The position numbers were made by a program, and so were the translations under genes. This document shows, in pieces, positions 62,976 through 64,000 of a stretch of DNA of 64,000 nt. Each line of letters starts with the position of its first letter. The stretch's first letter is position 1. Source of the DNA: Candidatus Poribacteria bacterium (lineage in GTDB: Bacteria > Poribacteria > WGA-4E > PCPOR2b). The stretch lies in assembly GCA_965198175.1 (NCBI GenBank), contig OZ240245.1, positions 3,200,001 to 3,264,000 on the forward strand, given 5' to 3'. The notes beneath the pieces were generated by a model. That model was not told the origin of the DNA. It searched no databases and was given only the letters and a program-made list of their open reading frames with translations.

Positions 62976-64000
62976 TTAAATCTGTGGGACGATTACATTC
63001 GACAGTGCTTCGATGAGTTCATCTAGATAGACGTGTCGGAAAAACTCCGAAAGCCGCTTCTGCCTTGGCTTCTTTGGGAGCACGATAAAGCCTGCACGGC
63101 TAAGTTGGATGGATTCAAAAACCATGCGATAGGCTTGGCTCGTGGCATACCCGACAATCAACTCATAATGGTCGCCGTGTTTGTCGAGATAGGCGTTGAA
63201 CCGATCAGCGCCCAACTGTATCTGTGCGGTGTTTCTCGGAGACAGCTGGAAATCGTACCGCACGACAGGCTCCTCAGATTCAAATTCTTCCGGGACGGGC
63301 CCATAGAGGCCCGATAGCGTAATTTTGTGAATCTTCCGTTGATTTTCGCCGAAGGCGGTCTGAAGCTTGGTGTTGATGATAGAATGTGTGCGTGAGAGTG
63401 AATACGGTTTTTTCCCTGCGCACGGTATTGCCAAGAGAACCCTCTTATCCTGTGGTGGAGCGTAGCTTTCTGGAATGACAAAGGAATCCGGCGTATAATC
63501 CAGCGAGATGCTTGACGCGTCTTTCCGAGATTGTGAAGTCGCGTCTTCTTCCCACGTTGGCGGGAAAAGTTCCAATTGATTGAGGTTTTTCTTGACCACA
63601 GGCTGCTTTGTTGACGTGGGGATACCCACAACGGTTCTTGCCATCCGACTGGCGAACGCTTCATCGTTTCTTATCAGCCAATCTACCGCCTCCTGAACGC
63701 GTCGCCCAGTTGTAGCACATTGAACTAATTCTTCAATGGCTTCATCGGCTTCAATGGCACGTTTCATGCGCGAAAGCAGTTCCGCTTCCAACTCGTAATT
63801 ATGCAAGGCGATCGCCGCATAGTATTCGCTCTTATATTTTCCGGTCGAAGTCCGTTTATAACTAGCTTCTTCCATTAAGGCGCCCTGCATTTCGTCAAGC
63901 GAAACCTCTCGGCAGATACGGCAGGTGCAAGTCAGTTCGTCCAACTCCATCAGTTTTCGCTTTGATCGTGTCAACGGATCTGAATAGTTGAGCCCCCGCG
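62976..64000 (-). CDS. tRNA-guanine transglycosylase-like protein (C-terminal part) fused to an ArcS/DUF5591-like domain; 5' end outside the window
   Basis: Frame is open to the window end; Zn-site pattern CTCRIC...LHN; C-terminal LLAIPCAGKKPYSLSRTH...SGLYGPVPEE..YD. Confidence 0.7.
   Translation of the reverse strand, partial: RGLNYSDPLTRSKRKLMELDELTCTCRICREVSLDEMQGALMEEASYKRTSTGKYKSEYYAAIALHNYELEAELLSRMKRAIEADEAIEELVQCATTGRRVQEAVDWLIRNDEAFASRMARTVVGIPTSTKQPVVKKNLNQLELFPPTWEEDATSQSRKDASSISLDYTPDSFVIPESYAPPQDKRVLLAIPCAGKKPYSLSRTHSIINTKLQTAFGENQRKIHKITLSGLYGPVPEEFESEEPVVRYDFQLSPRNTAQIQLGADRFNAYLDKHGDHYELIVGYATSQAYRMVFESIQLSRAGFIVLPKKPRQKRLSEFFRHVYLDELIEALSNVIVPQI

Noticed and set aside
1441..63664. 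Numerous short ORFs overlapping or antisense to the called genes
   Set aside because: They are shadow ORFs with no recognisable motifs or RBS, overlapping well-supported CDSs.

Overview
Bacterial chromosomal window with many housekeeping and catabolic genes. The host is probably Candidatus Poribacteria. This is an inference from the LamG and PD40 proteins ending in a 'V.P.GK..TTW..IK'-type motif and from the DUF4159/DUF4838/DUF6785-like genes. Left to right the window holds: (1) dprA-accA-DUF4159; (2) a decayed, deletion-fused phoR/phoB pair facing an intact pstSCAB-phoU operon with a Pho-box array; (3) an accessory/defence region of about 16 kb (~11.0-27.2 kb); (4) CPBP protease, acs, and secreted LamG/TolB proteins; (5) a probable fucose/glycan catabolic cluster (membrane protein, SDR, two GH95-like genes, GH151-like gene, Gfo/Idh/MocA, isomerase); (6) a nadD-yacG-yqeK-rsfS-argS operon and rimI; (7) at the right edge, the C-terminal part of a tRNA-guanine-transglycosylase-like protein fused to an ArcS/DUF5591-like domain. 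The accessory region contains intact dndC and truncated dndD, a convergent SBD-HNH phosphorothioate-dependent nuclease split by an IS701 element, an array of small ORFs, an IS3 remnant, a truncated N6-MTase, an IS5 remnant with a MITE, and duplicated lipoprotein and HAD/ComB units. In the IS701 element, the transposase is itself broken by a perfect 24-bp palindrome. Several REP-like palindrome families are dispersed in the intergenic regions. No rRNA, tRNA or CRISPR array was recognised. All product calls come from motif recognition by eye; no database searches were run.
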